Positions 18,346 through 27,022 of a stretch of 50,250 nucleotides of DNA are shown here, piece by piece. The DNA lies in the IMG/VR virus record IMGVR_UViG_3300045988_081576, positions 1 through 50,250 of that record; one strand, given 5' to 3'. Below the pieces are notes generated by a model that saw only the letters and a program-made list of their open reading frames with translations, did not search any database and was not told the DNA's origin. The translations under genes were made by a program, and so were the position numbers. Source of the DNA: a virus. The stretch's first letter is position 1. Every line of letters starts with the position of its first letter.

Positions 18346-18882
18346 ATGACTATGACCCCAATCTCCCAGTTGAAGTTCTACCCCGGTAATGCGCGCCGGG
18401 GAGACATTGACCTTATCGCCGAATCGTTGGAACGCCTGGGCCAATACAAGCCGGTAGTAGTAAACACCGGTGGAAAAGAACCGGAACTAACCAACGTGAT
18501 TCTGGCAGGGAACCATACGGTCATGGCGGCTCAACGCCTAGGCTGGGACACGGTAGATGTGCACCTGGTGGACTTAGATGCGGACGCGGCGAAACGCGTG
18601 GTAATCGTTGATAATCGCGCCAACGATGTCGCCACCTACGAGGTGGAAGAACTGGTTAACCTGCTCACCGAACTACCAGACCTTGAAGCGACCGGCTTTG
18701 ACCGTGACGAGCTGGATGCCATGCTCGAAGCCCTGGATGACTTGGACGAGGAAGTACCGGACAGGCCAGCAGACCCCAAACCAGATGGCTTTAACCTACT
18801 CATTGAATGTGACAGTGTGGAGGAACAGCAACGCATCAAATCCCGCCTACTGGCGGAGGGTGTGACCGTCTCCGAGGTCTAG
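18346..18882 (+). CDS. ParB-like nuclease domain protein (ParBc/Srx fold) with an acidic C-terminus
   Basis: ParB N-terminal domain signature (YPGNARRGDIDLIAESLERLGQYKPVVVN...LAGNHTVMAAQRLGWDTVDV); positioned just upstream of the terminase genes. Confidence 0.65.
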   Translation: MTMTPISQLKFYPGNARRGDIDLIAESLERLGQYKPVVVNTGGKEPELTNVILAGNHTVMAAQRLGWDTVDVHLVDLDADAAKRVVIVDNRANDVATYEVEELVNLLTELPDLEATGFDRDELDAMLEALDDLDEEVPDRPADPKPDGFNLLIECDSVEEQQRIKSRLLAEGVTVSEV

Positions 18883-18941
18883 ACAACGCCCCTGCCTGTG
18901 TAATCTTCCTGGTTGATTGTTTAGACCCAGGAGGTTTAACT

Positions 18942-19379
18942 ATGCCACGCCTACACGCCGACAACACGAAAGCAGTCATCGCAGAACGCCGCCGCAAAGC
19001 ATACGAACTACGCATGCAAGGCGCATCCTACTACCAAATCGCCGACAAACTAGGCGTATCGCACGACACAATCCGCAAAGATATTAAAGCATTCATGGAT
19101 TACATTCCCCGCGAGAATGCTATCGAATTACGCGATATGGAACTGGACAAGCTCAACCAGATGGAACTGGCGTTACAGAAGAAGCTACGATCCGGTTCCC
19201 CACAAGCGGTTAATGCAGCAATCCGAATCATGCAGCACCGCGCCACCCTCATGGGCCTAGACCGCATCGAGAACAACGATGGCCTGGATGGTGCTAAGGC
19301 CGCAATGGATGCCATCGTCACGGCGTTGCTCAAGGGGCCAGTGGCGCAACCAGTGGAGGATGACAATCAGGATGATTGA
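18942..19379 (+). CDS. Terminase small subunit
   Basis: HTH segment RMQGASYYQIADKLGVSHDTIRKDI, coiled-coil centre and acidic tail; RBS AGGAGG; immediately upstream of terL. Confidence 0.65.
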   Translation: MPRLHADNTKAVIAERRRKAYELRMQGASYYQIADKLGVSHDTIRKDIKAFMDYIPRENAIELRDMELDKLNQMELALQKKLRSGSPQAVNAAIRIMQHRATLMGLDRIENNDGLDGAKAAMDAIVTALLKGPVAQPVEDDNQDD

Positions 19380-20637
19380 TGTCTCCGAAGTGATGGGGTT
19401 TAGCCAGAAGCAGAAGGATGCGATGGCTGGCTCCACGGGCCGTGTGAATATCTGGGACGGGTCGGTGCGTTCAGGTAAGACGTACACGTGGGCTATCCTC
19501 ATGCTGTCATTGGTGGCGGCATATACGGGTAGTGCCGCGATTGTTATCACTGGTAAGAACCGCGATTCGATTTACCGCAACGTATTCGAACCCATCGAAA
19601 CACTCACCCTATTTATCCCCGTCAAAAAGTATGTGGTGTACCGACAAGGCGCACCCCGCGCCACCATCTTCGGGAAACAAGTACACATCATCGGTGCGAA
19701 CGACGCCGGGGCGGAATCCAAGATTCGTGGTATGACCATTGGCCTAGCTTTTGCGGATGAGATTACCCTGCTACACCCCGCATTTTTCAAGCAGCTACTA
19801 TCTCGTTTGTCGAAGTCCTACTCCAAGCTATTCTGTACTACTAACCCCGATAGTCAGAATCACTGGCTGCGCAAAGAATACTTGACCCGCATCCCCGACT
19901 GTATGCACTTTGACCAGCACACATCTCCGGAGGATGAACTGTCGGATTGGACGTACTGGCATTTCACGATGGAGGATAACCCATCACTTACGGAGGGTTA
20001 TAAAACTAATCTGCGGAAAGAATACACGGGCATGTGGTATCGCCGGTTTATTCTTGGTTTGTGGGTTGCTGCTGAGGGTGCGATCTATCAAATGTGGGAT
20101 GAGGATCGGCATGTGATTCGTCCGGATGATATGCCGCCCATGAAACGCACACTCGCATTGGGTATTGACTACGGTACTACTCACCCCACCGTTGGTATCC
20201 TGCTGGGCTTGGGGGAGGATAACCGGCTGTACGCGTTGGATGAATGGTTGCCTGGCAGGCTCACAGATAAGGCATTATCAGAGTCTCTGAAAGAATTTCG
20301 GGATAGTCATTCGCAGCCGGAATGGGTGTACGTTGACCCCGCCGCCGCATCATTTAGCTTGCAGTTGCATGAGGATGGACACCGCCGCGTAGACAAAGCA
20401 AACAATGATGTACTAGACGGTATCCGAACCGTGGCGAGTCTGCTAGACAACGATCAACTATTCGTATCCTCTACGTGCACAAAACTCATAGAAGAATTGC
20501 CCGGCTACAGGTGGGATGAGAAAGCAGCTGAAAAAGGTATCGATAAACCGATTAAAGAAATTGACGATGCCGCAGATGCCCTCAGGTATTCCGTGTACTC
20601 ATCCCGCTACATGTGGTCTAGGTTCATTCAATCGTAG
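19360..20637 (+). CDS. Terminase large subunit
   Basis: Walker A WDGSVRSGKT, Walker B-like LAFADEI, and a C-terminal nuclease-like region with conserved acidic residues; the start (ATG 19360 or 19372) overlaps the terS stop. Confidence 0.85.
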   Translation: MTIRMIDVSEVMGFSQKQKDAMAGSTGRVNIWDGSVRSGKTYTWAILMLSLVAAYTGSAAIVITGKNRDSIYRNVFEPIETLTLFIPVKKYVVYRQGAPRATIFGKQVHIIGANDAGAESKIRGMTIGLAFADEITLLHPAFFKQLLSRLSKSYSKLFCTTNPDSQNHWLRKEYLTRIPDCMHFDQHTSPEDELSDWTYWHFTMEDNPSLTEGYKTNLRKEYTGMWYRRFILGLWVAAEGAIYQMWDEDRHVIRPDDMPPMKRTLALGIDYGTTHPTVGILLGLGEDNRLYALDEWLPGRLTDKALSESLKEFRDSHSQPEWVYVDPAAASFSLQLHEDGHRRVDKANNDVLDGIRTVASLLDNDQLFVSSTCTKLIEELPGYRWDEKAAEKGIDKPIKEIDDAADALRYSVYSSRYMWSRFIQS

Positions 20638-20648
20638 GAGATTCACTT

Positions 20649-22211
20649 ATGGCATTGCCCGCGCCTAATACCACGTGGCCCCCGGAGAAGTGGGCACCTG
20701 TCACTAGCATGATTGCGGATGCTTCACTGTGGTGGGAGGGTGATACTAAGCGCCTTGATTCGCACTATGCTACGGGTGGGTTTAATCGCCCATCCCAGTT
20801 TCAAGGTGGCGTGGTTGGGGCGGTGTCGCGTTTCTTTTGGGGTTCGCCTACTCCGCAGGGGCAGCCGAATCGTAAGGTGCATTTGCCGTTGGCTGCCGAC
20901 CTGGCATACACGTCTTCAAGTCTGTTGTTTGATACCCCGCCGACATTCACGGTGAACGATGAGCACGGCCAAGAGCGCCTAGACAACATGCTCAATAACG
21001 ACACGTTCCCTGCTGACCTGCTGGTCATGGGTGAATCGTGTGCTGCGTTGGGTGGCGCATACGGTCGCATCATGTGGGATACGGATGTGCAGGCAGACCC
21101 GTGGATTGATTTTGTGGATGCGGATAGTGCCTATCCTGAATTCAGCTACGGCAAGCTCACGGGAATCACGTTTGTTGAAACCTTACCCAAGACGGATGAA
21201 AAGACCACATGGCGGTTGTTGTCGTACTACACCGCAGGGCGTATCGAATACGGGTTGTATGAGGGTAAGGATGGAAACCTAGGTACACCGCGTGAACTGG
21301 ACGCGCACCCAGCCACCACCGTACTAGCAGAGATCGTGGACTCCAACGGTGGGGTGGACTCGCACACCACCGGTATTGCCGCCGCATATTTCCCTAACGC
21401 CCTGCCTGTGGTTGGGTTCCGCAAAGACGGCCAATTGCGCAATATTGGACGCCCAGACATTAGCCCAGACTTGCACTCCCTGTTTGACACGCTGGATGAG
21501 ATTTGGACAGACATTCGCCGTGAAATGCGCCTGGGTAAGATGCGCGCCACCGTGCCTGAACACTGGCTGGATAACGCCGGATTTGGTAAAGGCCAAGCAT
21601 TCGATGTTGACCGTGAATTCTACGACGGCATGAACATCTCTCCGTCAGAGAATGCTGGCGCGCAGTTCTTCCAGCCATCGTTGCGTTTCGAGCAGTATTT
21701 GAAACTGGCGGAGCAAACTGTGCTGGAAATTCTACGCCGCGCAAATTACAGCCCCGCCACATTCGGTATTGGTGGAAGCACGGCGGCACAAAAGACCGCC
21801 CGTGAGGTTGAAGCCGAATACCAGGCATCCGTACAAACGTGGAAAGCGAAAGCGCGCTACATGCGCGCCGGACTTTCACAGTTGGCGGATGCACTACTTG
21901 AAGTTGATGCGTGGCTTAACAACACGCCGATTCCCGCTGAGCGGGTCAAGGTTGATATGGCAGCACCTGTGCAAGAAACCATGCTCGACAAAGCACAAAC
22001 CGTACAGGCATTGGATGCGGCGCGGGCGATCTCGACTGAACAAAAGCTTAACTTGCTGTACCCAGAATGGGATGAGGAAGATAAGGCCGAAGAGGTCGCA
22101 AAAATCCTGGCAGAGCAGTCTGGGCAGCTTGACGCAGACCTTAGTCTTGAATCAGATGACCCCCTCGACCCGGTAGATGATGACCTACTGGCGGATGACG
22201 ACACGGAGTAA
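20649..22211 (+). CDS. Portal protein
   Basis: 520 aa directly after terL; highly acidic C-terminal tail (DDPLDPVDDDLLADDDTE); call rests on position and size. Confidence 0.7.
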   Translation: MALPAPNTTWPPEKWAPVTSMIADASLWWEGDTKRLDSHYATGGFNRPSQFQGGVVGAVSRFFWGSPTPQGQPNRKVHLPLAADLAYTSSSLLFDTPPTFTVNDEHGQERLDNMLNNDTFPADLLVMGESCAALGGAYGRIMWDTDVQADPWIDFVDADSAYPEFSYGKLTGITFVETLPKTDEKTTWRLLSYYTAGRIEYGLYEGKDGNLGTPRELDAHPATTVLAEIVDSNGGVDSHTTGIAAAYFPNALPVVGFRKDGQLRNIGRPDISPDLHSLFDTLDEIWTDIRREMRLGKMRATVPEHWLDNAGFGKGQAFDVDREFYDGMNISPSENAGAQFFQPSLRFEQYLKLAEQTVLEILRRANYSPATFGIGGSTAAQKTAREVEAEYQASVQTWKAKARYMRAGLSQLADALLEVDAWLNNTPIPAERVKVDMAAPVQETMLDKAQTVQALDAARAISTEQKLNLLYPEWDEEDKAEEVAKILAEQSGQLDADLSLESDDPLDPVDDDLLADDDTE

Positions 22212-22216
22212 ACCGC

Positions 22217-23320
22217 GTGGTATTTGACCCTGCTAAAGCAGACGGGATTGGCAGCAACATCGTTGATGTCTATTCCCGCGCTGAGCTGTACCTAATTAAG
22301 GTCATTCGTGACGCGTTGATTAAGGCGGGGGAGTCACCATCATGGGCTGAGGCTGAACTATTGGCGATCCGTCAGCAGCGCGGCAGGATTCAGGGTATCG
22401 CGGCGCAATTGCAGAAGATGGCACCATCCCTATTTGAGGATGTGACCGCGCAGGCTTTTCTACGTGGCCAGGTGGAAGCTGAAAAGGAATTGGTGAACAT
22501 CCCACAGCTTGACCCGCCTAGCACCATCATTAACGATGATGCGGTGTACGCCCTGGCTGCGGAACAAATCGGCGTCATGTCACAGGTACATAAGAGCATT
22601 CTGCGCCGCACGGATGATATTTGGCGCGCTATCACCGCAGAAGCCGCCGGCTATTCTGTCACCGGCGCGATGACCACATTTGAAGCCGCCCAGCGTGCGT
22701 TTACCCGCATGGCACGCGACGGCATGGGATTCTTTCAGGATGCAGCAGGCCGCAAATGGGGACTAGATACCTATGCCGAAATGGCAGTACGCACCGCAAC
22801 CATGCAAGCACTGCGCGCCGGGCATTCCGAAACCCTGCAACAGTGGGGCGTTGACCTCGTTGTCGTATCCTCGCACAAGAACCCGGCACCGCAATGCCAA
22901 CCCTATGAGCGTAAAATCCTCTCACTCACAGGCAAATTCCCTGCTGGCACGCACCGCATTAATGACAACATTGTAAGCGTTAAGGCAACCATGCAGGATG
23001 CGGAAGCACGCGGCCTGCATCACCCTCATTGCCGACACTCACATTCTGCCTACGTGCCGGGCCACACGCGTATCGATTTGCGCGAAGAACCCTACGATGA
23101 TTCGGGCTATAAGGCGACGCAAAAGCAGCGCTACTACGAGCGCCAAATCCGCGCATCCAAGCGTATGGAAGCCGCCGCAATCAGCGACGCAGACAAGCAG
23201 GCAGCACGCCAGCGCATACGCACCTATCAGGCGAAACTACGCGACCATATTAATGAGCATGATTTGCCGCGTCGCCGACACCGCGAACAACTACGCAAAA
23301 CCACCAGCGACACCAATTAA
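22217..23320 (+). CDS. MuF-like head morphogenesis / minor capsid protein
   Basis: Follows the portal gene; C-terminal HHPHCRHSH motif resembles the MuF HPNCRC motif. Confidence 0.6.
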   Translation: MVFDPAKADGIGSNIVDVYSRAELYLIKVIRDALIKAGESPSWAEAELLAIRQQRGRIQGIAAQLQKMAPSLFEDVTAQAFLRGQVEAEKELVNIPQLDPPSTIINDDAVYALAAEQIGVMSQVHKSILRRTDDIWRAITAEAAGYSVTGAMTTFEAAQRAFTRMARDGMGFFQDAAGRKWGLDTYAEMAVRTATMQALRAGHSETLQQWGVDLVVVSSHKNPAPQCQPYERKILSLTGKFPAGTHRINDNIVSVKATMQDAEARGLHHPHCRHSHSAYVPGHTRIDLREEPYDDSGYKATQKQRYYERQIRASKRMEAAAISDADKQAARQRIRTYQAKLRDHINEHDLPRRRHREQLRKTTSDTN

Positions 23321-23332
23321 CGCAATTAAACA

Positions 23333-23986
23333 CTAGTCAATTGGTGTGCGGCCAATTTCTGCGCACAGTCTGAGATACGACCGGAATCTCTCAATCCTCA
23401 CCCTTACCGCCACATGAGATACCCCCTCGCTACGTCCTATCTCCGATAGTGATTCGCCCGCGTCTCTACGCTCCATCCATGCCCTCGCGCCTGGCTTCGC
23501 CGTCCGCTCATACAGCTGGATGCGGTAGCACCGGTCGCTACATGTAGCGCGCCCGCGCACCTCAGTAAGCAGATTTCCGCAGACTATACAGCGGCGGGTG
23601 ACAGGCTTTTTCGCGCCTTTGATGTTTTCCCGCGCCGTCGCTGCTTTCTGCTCAGCAACCACACCACGGGAGGTGAAAGACTCTTCTGTGCGGGCGTGTG
23701 ATGCGGCTGTGGGGTCGCGCTTTTCCACCATCCGATCCCACTCCGGTGTACCCACATGGCTTAGGGCTTGGAGTGACTTGGCGCGCCGCGTCTCAGGGGC
23801 TACTAGCCCCATGCCGCGTGGCAACCCATGCGCTTGCTTGTACTCTGCTGCGGTCATGCCGTGGGCTTTAATCAGGTGGGGGGCCAGTGCCCGGTACAGC
23901 CCCCCGCACTCGTGGCAGATAATGCGCTCATCGTCGCCGTCGAGGTAGCCGTACCGGCCATGCCCGTCTTTGTCGCCGGGTTTCAT
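23333..23986 (-). CDS. Multi-domain DNA-binding protein: MucR/Ros-like zinc finger, then CxxC zinc ribbon, then sigma-70 region-4-like HTH
   Basis: IICHECGGLYRALAPHLIKAHGMTAAEYKQAHGLP matches the Ros/MucR finger; followed by CIVCGNLL...CSDRC and RRDAGESLSEIGRSEGVSHVAVRVRIER. Confidence 0.55.
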   Translation of the reverse strand: MKPGDKDGHGRYGYLDGDDERIICHECGGLYRALAPHLIKAHGMTAAEYKQAHGLPRGMGLVAPETRRAKSLQALSHVGTPEWDRMVEKRDPTAASHARTEESFTSRGVVAEQKAATARENIKGAKKPVTRRCIVCGNLLTEVRGRATCSDRCYRIQLYERTAKPGARAWMERRDAGESLSEIGRSEGVSHVAVRVRIERFRSYLRLCAEIGRTPID

Positions 23987-24375
23987 GCGCGGATGATTTT
24001 GTCTACTGCCTGGCGGGAGATACCCGCAGCGGTGGCCACATCCTGTACGCGTGCCCCGGCGTGCACGGCGGCGCGGATAGTGGCGTCACGCTCGTCGCGT
24101 AGAGCATCGGCGGTGTCGGTGGCGTGCTGGTAGTCTGCGGTGGCTTCCTCTAGGGCGGCGAGCTGCTTTTGACCAAGGTCACCGGCGCGGCGTGCGGATT
24201 TAACGGCGCCGATAAGGAAGTCGGCATCGTCTTTGCTGATTTCGTCCTCGTCGATGCTGCGATCTTCTAGCTTCTCAATCTGGGCGATGTAGGTGCGTAG
24301 GGCATCTTCGGCGGCGTCGATACTCATGTCTAGTGCGTAGTGGAGAGTCTCGGAGAGATTATCGATGGTGGTCAT
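23983..24375 (-). CDS. Acidic protein with a C-terminal HTH (resolvase/Psq-like helix)
   Basis: GARVQDVATAAGISRQAVDKIIRA at the C-terminus; the stop overlaps the next gene's start (ATGA), indicating translational coupling. Confidence 0.5.
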   Translation of the reverse strand: MTTIDNLSETLHYALDMSIDAAEDALRTYIAQIEKLEDRSIDEDEISKDDADFLIGAVKSARRAGDLGQKQLAALEEATADYQHATDTADALRDERDATIRAAVHAGARVQDVATAAGISRQAVDKIIRA

Positions 24376-24430
24376 TGCGTTGGTTCCTTTCAGGTGGTGG
24401 GGTGGGGCCGGTTTCCCGACCCCTTGGCGG

Positions 24431-24631
24431 CTAGTCCATAGCGCTAATGCGATCCATCTTTTCGGCGCAGCGGTCGCAGGTGGGGACTTCTACGATTTGG
24501 AGCTTTCCGTCTATGATTTGAGCGCCAGGGCGAGTGGTGGTGGCTTCATTTTCGCAAAGTGCGAATTGCTGGCAGGTCATTGTTTTCCTTTCTACTGTGT
24601 GGTACTCGTTGACTGCGGTTTCTAGGCTCAT
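24431..24631 (-). CDS. Small zinc-ribbon protein (66 aa, four Cys)
   Basis: CQQFALC ... PTCDRC; start overlaps the upstream gene's stop. Confidence 0.45.
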   Translation of the reverse strand: MSLETAVNEYHTVERKTMTCQQFALCENEATTTRPGAQIIDGKLQIVEVPTCDRCAEKMDRISAMD

Positions 24632-24870
24632 TGGTACTCAATTTCAGTGGCCGTGGTGTTTTGGGTGTGCAGGCCGTGGAGGTTGAAGCCTTTGGTTCGC
24701 ATATGAAATTTAATTGCTTCTTCTTGGTGGGGGTCGCTGTAGTCGCCGTGCGCCATGGCTACGGATTCAGGGATCGGGGCGAGTGTGTAGGCGATGAAGC
24801 TGTCGCCGTTATCGTCTGTTGAGTGGAGTTCAATGTCGTTTTCGGTGAAGATTACGTTAAAGGTGTTCAT
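24628..24870 (-). CDS. Hypothetical protein (80 aa)
   Basis: ORF coupled with the downstream zinc-ribbon gene. Confidence 0.45.
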   Translation of the reverse strand: MNTFNVIFTENDIELHSTDDNGDSFIAYTLAPIPESVAMAHGDYSDPHQEEAIKFHMRTKGFNLHGLHTQNTTATEIEYQ

Positions 24871-24887
24871 GGTGCGGATTCTTTTCT

Positions 24888-25178
24888 TTAGCGCCCGATG
24901 ATGGTGACTGTCGCGGTGTATTCGGTTTGCTCTTGGGTGTCCTCGCCGGTTTCTGCGATGGTGCCCTGGATGACGATTTCTGCAAAGTCCTCTTCGATTT
25001 CCTGAGTTACAACCTCGAAGTCTTGCAGGCTTCCCTCGTAGTCAGGGGAGTTGAAGAAGTCGAGGATGTCGTTGGTTACCTCTTCGGTGGTGTCTCCGGT
25101 GGTGTCGATGTTTGCGGTGGTGTGGGTGATTCCGTTATGGGAGAGTTCCATCTCTGCGGTGTAGGTGAGGGTGGTCAT
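24888..25178 (-). CDS. Extremely acidic small protein (96 aa, about 22 Asp/Glu against 1 Arg); DNA-mimic candidate
   Basis: Residues counted directly from the translation; first gene of the reverse-strand five-gene operon. Confidence 0.5.
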   Translation of the reverse strand: MTTLTYTAEMELSHNGITHTTANIDTTGDTTEEVTNDILDFFNSPDYEGSLQDFEVVTQEIEEDFAEIVIQGTIAETGEDTQEQTEYTATVTIIGR

Positions 25179-25247
25179 GATGTGGTCCTTTCTTTGTGAG
25201 CTTTGTGCTCATTTTGCTTACACCCCCATTATATGCCACCCCGGTGG

Positions 25248-25275
25248 ACAATGCAACCCGGGTTGCAAACATTGT
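25248..25275. promoter_or_regulatory. Palindromic operator-like site ACAATG-CAACCCGGGTTG-CAAACATTGT upstream of the five-gene reverse operon
   Basis: Perfect 12-bp palindrome CAACCCGGGTTG flanked by ACAATG/CATTGT. Confidence 0.4.
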
Positions 25276-25288
25276 TTATGACATAGAC

Positions 25289-25322
25289 GAAGCCCTGCCG
25301 TTTCGGGGGGTGGCAGGGCTTC
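25289..25322. terminator. Hairpin GAAGCCCTGCC-(12 nt)-GGCAGGGCTTC downstream of the reverse-strand ant operon
   Basis: 11-bp perfect stem read directly; no U-tract. Confidence 0.45.
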
Positions 25323-25490
25323 GGCCCGGAGCTGCGCTCAACAGGCAACCATGATCCTAAAACAGGTTGGTGGGGTTCGCATGTTGAAAAATTGGGGCGA
25401 AAACACCCTACCTGGGACATGGGTCGATAACGTCACTGTGACAAAATATCCCCCGGCTGGCAGACCAGGGGACAGGTTGGGGAACGTGGA

Positions 25491-25736
25491 TTAATCTTCT
25501 CCGAAGAAATCCTCCATCGGAATAGCCCAGATAAATTCCATATCCTCCACTTTTCCTGCGATAAAGGATTGAAGTTCATCCATTATGGGGATGATGCCGG
25601 TTCCAAACCGGTTGACCAGGGTGGCGCGAAACCTACTGCCGCTAATTTCCTTGAGATATTCGACAGATTCGCAGTGACGGATTTCACGCTCCTGTTCCGG
25701 CGTAAGGGTGAGAACGTTCATTACGCCACCATCCAA
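25491..25736 (-). CDS. Hypothetical acidic protein (81 aa)
   Basis: ORF downstream of ant in the same orientation. Confidence 0.45.
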   Translation of the reverse strand: MDGGVMNVLTLTPEQEREIRHCESVEYLKEISGSRFRATLVNRFGTGIIPIMDELQSFIAGKVEDMEFIWAIPMEDFFGED

Positions 25737-25824
25737 TCTGCAATGTTGATGACCTGCGCCATCGGCTCGTCCGGTGGTTCCGGGGCGGTGAAGTAGTCGA
25801 ACATGTTGATTACATCTGCCATGA

Positions 25825-26619
25825 CTATGCCACCTCCGGAAGCATCGGGTCGATGCTATTCAGTCCAAGTTTGCGGCGAATGAAATCAATTCCCACCGGC
25901 TGCACATAGGTGGTGTACGAGCATCCCATCTCGCCGTTCTTCCTCTCGTACTCGTGCGCCTTGACCTCAAAATACTTCATGTACTGGGAATACGGCGTGT
26001 TCTTCATCGCACCCTTGGAAATGAGAACACCCGCGTTGCGCAGTTCACGGAACAACCAGTTCTGTCCACGACCGAACATCTTCGCCACGGTACCGATGTT
26101 GTACTTTCCGGTGGTATCGATGAAATCGTCGTATGCGTCGGCCTTGGGTTCAAGTTCCTTGTTCTTCGCTTCGAGCGCTAGGCGTTCTTCCTCGGCGTTG
26201 AGGGCGATTTGCAGGATCTCGGAGCGAGTCATTTGTGCCACGACACTTTTGGCGTTCTCGATGGATGTGGCGTGTGCTTCGCGTGCCAGGCGCTCACATT
26301 CGATGAAGTACTGGCGGGCTTGCTTGCCTTTGTCGGTGCGCTGGATCATGCTGATTTCTTTCGCCATGTCCAGGCTCACGATGTGGTCAATACGTGGGCG
26401 ACCTGCACCATTGGGTTTTACTGAAGTTTCAGTAAAATCCTGACCTGCGGAAAAGCCGTAGTCCACCATGCGCGGGAACCAGTCGTTGTAGCGCTCTTTG
26501 ACTTCGAGGAAGGCGTGGAGGTCGCGGCCCATGACGGCTTGCACTCCATCGTTCTCGGTCAATGGGATGACAACGTTGTTGTTTGCGCCCTCGTTGTAGG
26601 GCATGGGAGAATTACCCAT
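25825..26619 (-). CDS. ant: Phage antirepressor (AntA/AntB N-domain plus KilA-C/ANT C-domain)
   Basis: N-terminus VIPLTENDGVQAVMGRDLHAFLEV...WFPRMVDYGFSAGQDF and C-terminus KYNIGTVAKMFGRGQNWLFRELRNAGVL are both Ant signatures; strong RBS GGAGGA. Confidence 0.8.
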   Translation of the reverse strand: MGNSPMPYNEGANNNVVIPLTENDGVQAVMGRDLHAFLEVKERYNDWFPRMVDYGFSAGQDFTETSVKPNGAGRPRIDHIVSLDMAKEISMIQRTDKGKQARQYFIECERLAREAHATSIENAKSVVAQMTRSEILQIALNAEEERLALEAKNKELEPKADAYDDFIDTTGKYNIGTVAKMFGRGQNWLFRELRNAGVLISKGAMKNTPYSQYMKYFEVKAHEYERKNGEMGCSYTTYVQPVGIDFIRRKLGLNSIDPMLPEVA

Positions 26620-26762
26620 GATTCAATCCTCCTAGTGATTGAGTCCGTGCTCCGGGTGGTTGCAGCCACGCCGGGGCTTCTTATATGGCAACCGCAGAAA
26701 CATCAAAAGGGCTATTTCCTTGGTATGGAAATAACCCTAATGTAAGTTACGCAAAATGTCAA

Positions 26763-26963
26763 TTAGTGCGTTTGACCTTTAGCAATTCTGGAAACTTGAA
26801 CGTTACTTATTCCGAGTGCTTTGGAAAGTTCAACTGCGGTCACTGGGCCTGAGATTGCCCTCCGGAAAGCGATGCTCCTCTCTCGCTTCGCTTCTTCTAT
26901 AGTCTTCTCATATTTTTGTTGCGCTTCTATTGCTGCTTTCAAAAGTTCTTCATGTGTTTCCAT
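26763..26963 (-). CDS. Small HTH DNA-binding protein (66 aa); candidate regulator of the ant operon
   Basis: VTAVELSKALGISNVQVSRIAKG helix-turn-helix; sits in a low-GC segment directly upstream of ant. Confidence 0.55.
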   Translation of the reverse strand: METHEELLKAAIEAQQKYEKTIEEAKRERSIAFRRAISGPVTAVELSKALGISNVQVSRIAKGQTH

Positions 26964-26984
26964 GTCACCTCAATTCTGTAACTG

Positions 26985-27018
26985 AATGTTGTCACAAAAT
27001 GTTACACAATGCAACATT
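26985..27018. promoter_or_regulatory. Inverted repeat AATGTTG-(21 bp)-CAACATT, with an internal GTTACAC, between the lipoprotein and HTH genes
   Basis: Read directly in the AT-richer intergenic DNA. Confidence 0.3.
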
Positions 27019-27022
27019 GCGG

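Noticed and set aside
25733-25823. 30-aa reverse-strand mini-ORF between ant and the 81-aa gene
   Set aside because: Only an ATG and a stop with overlap to both neighbours; too short to call without conservation data.
26641-26700. GGTTGC...GCAACC short inverted repeat downstream of the ant start
   Set aside because: Only 6 bp with a long spacer; it could be chance.
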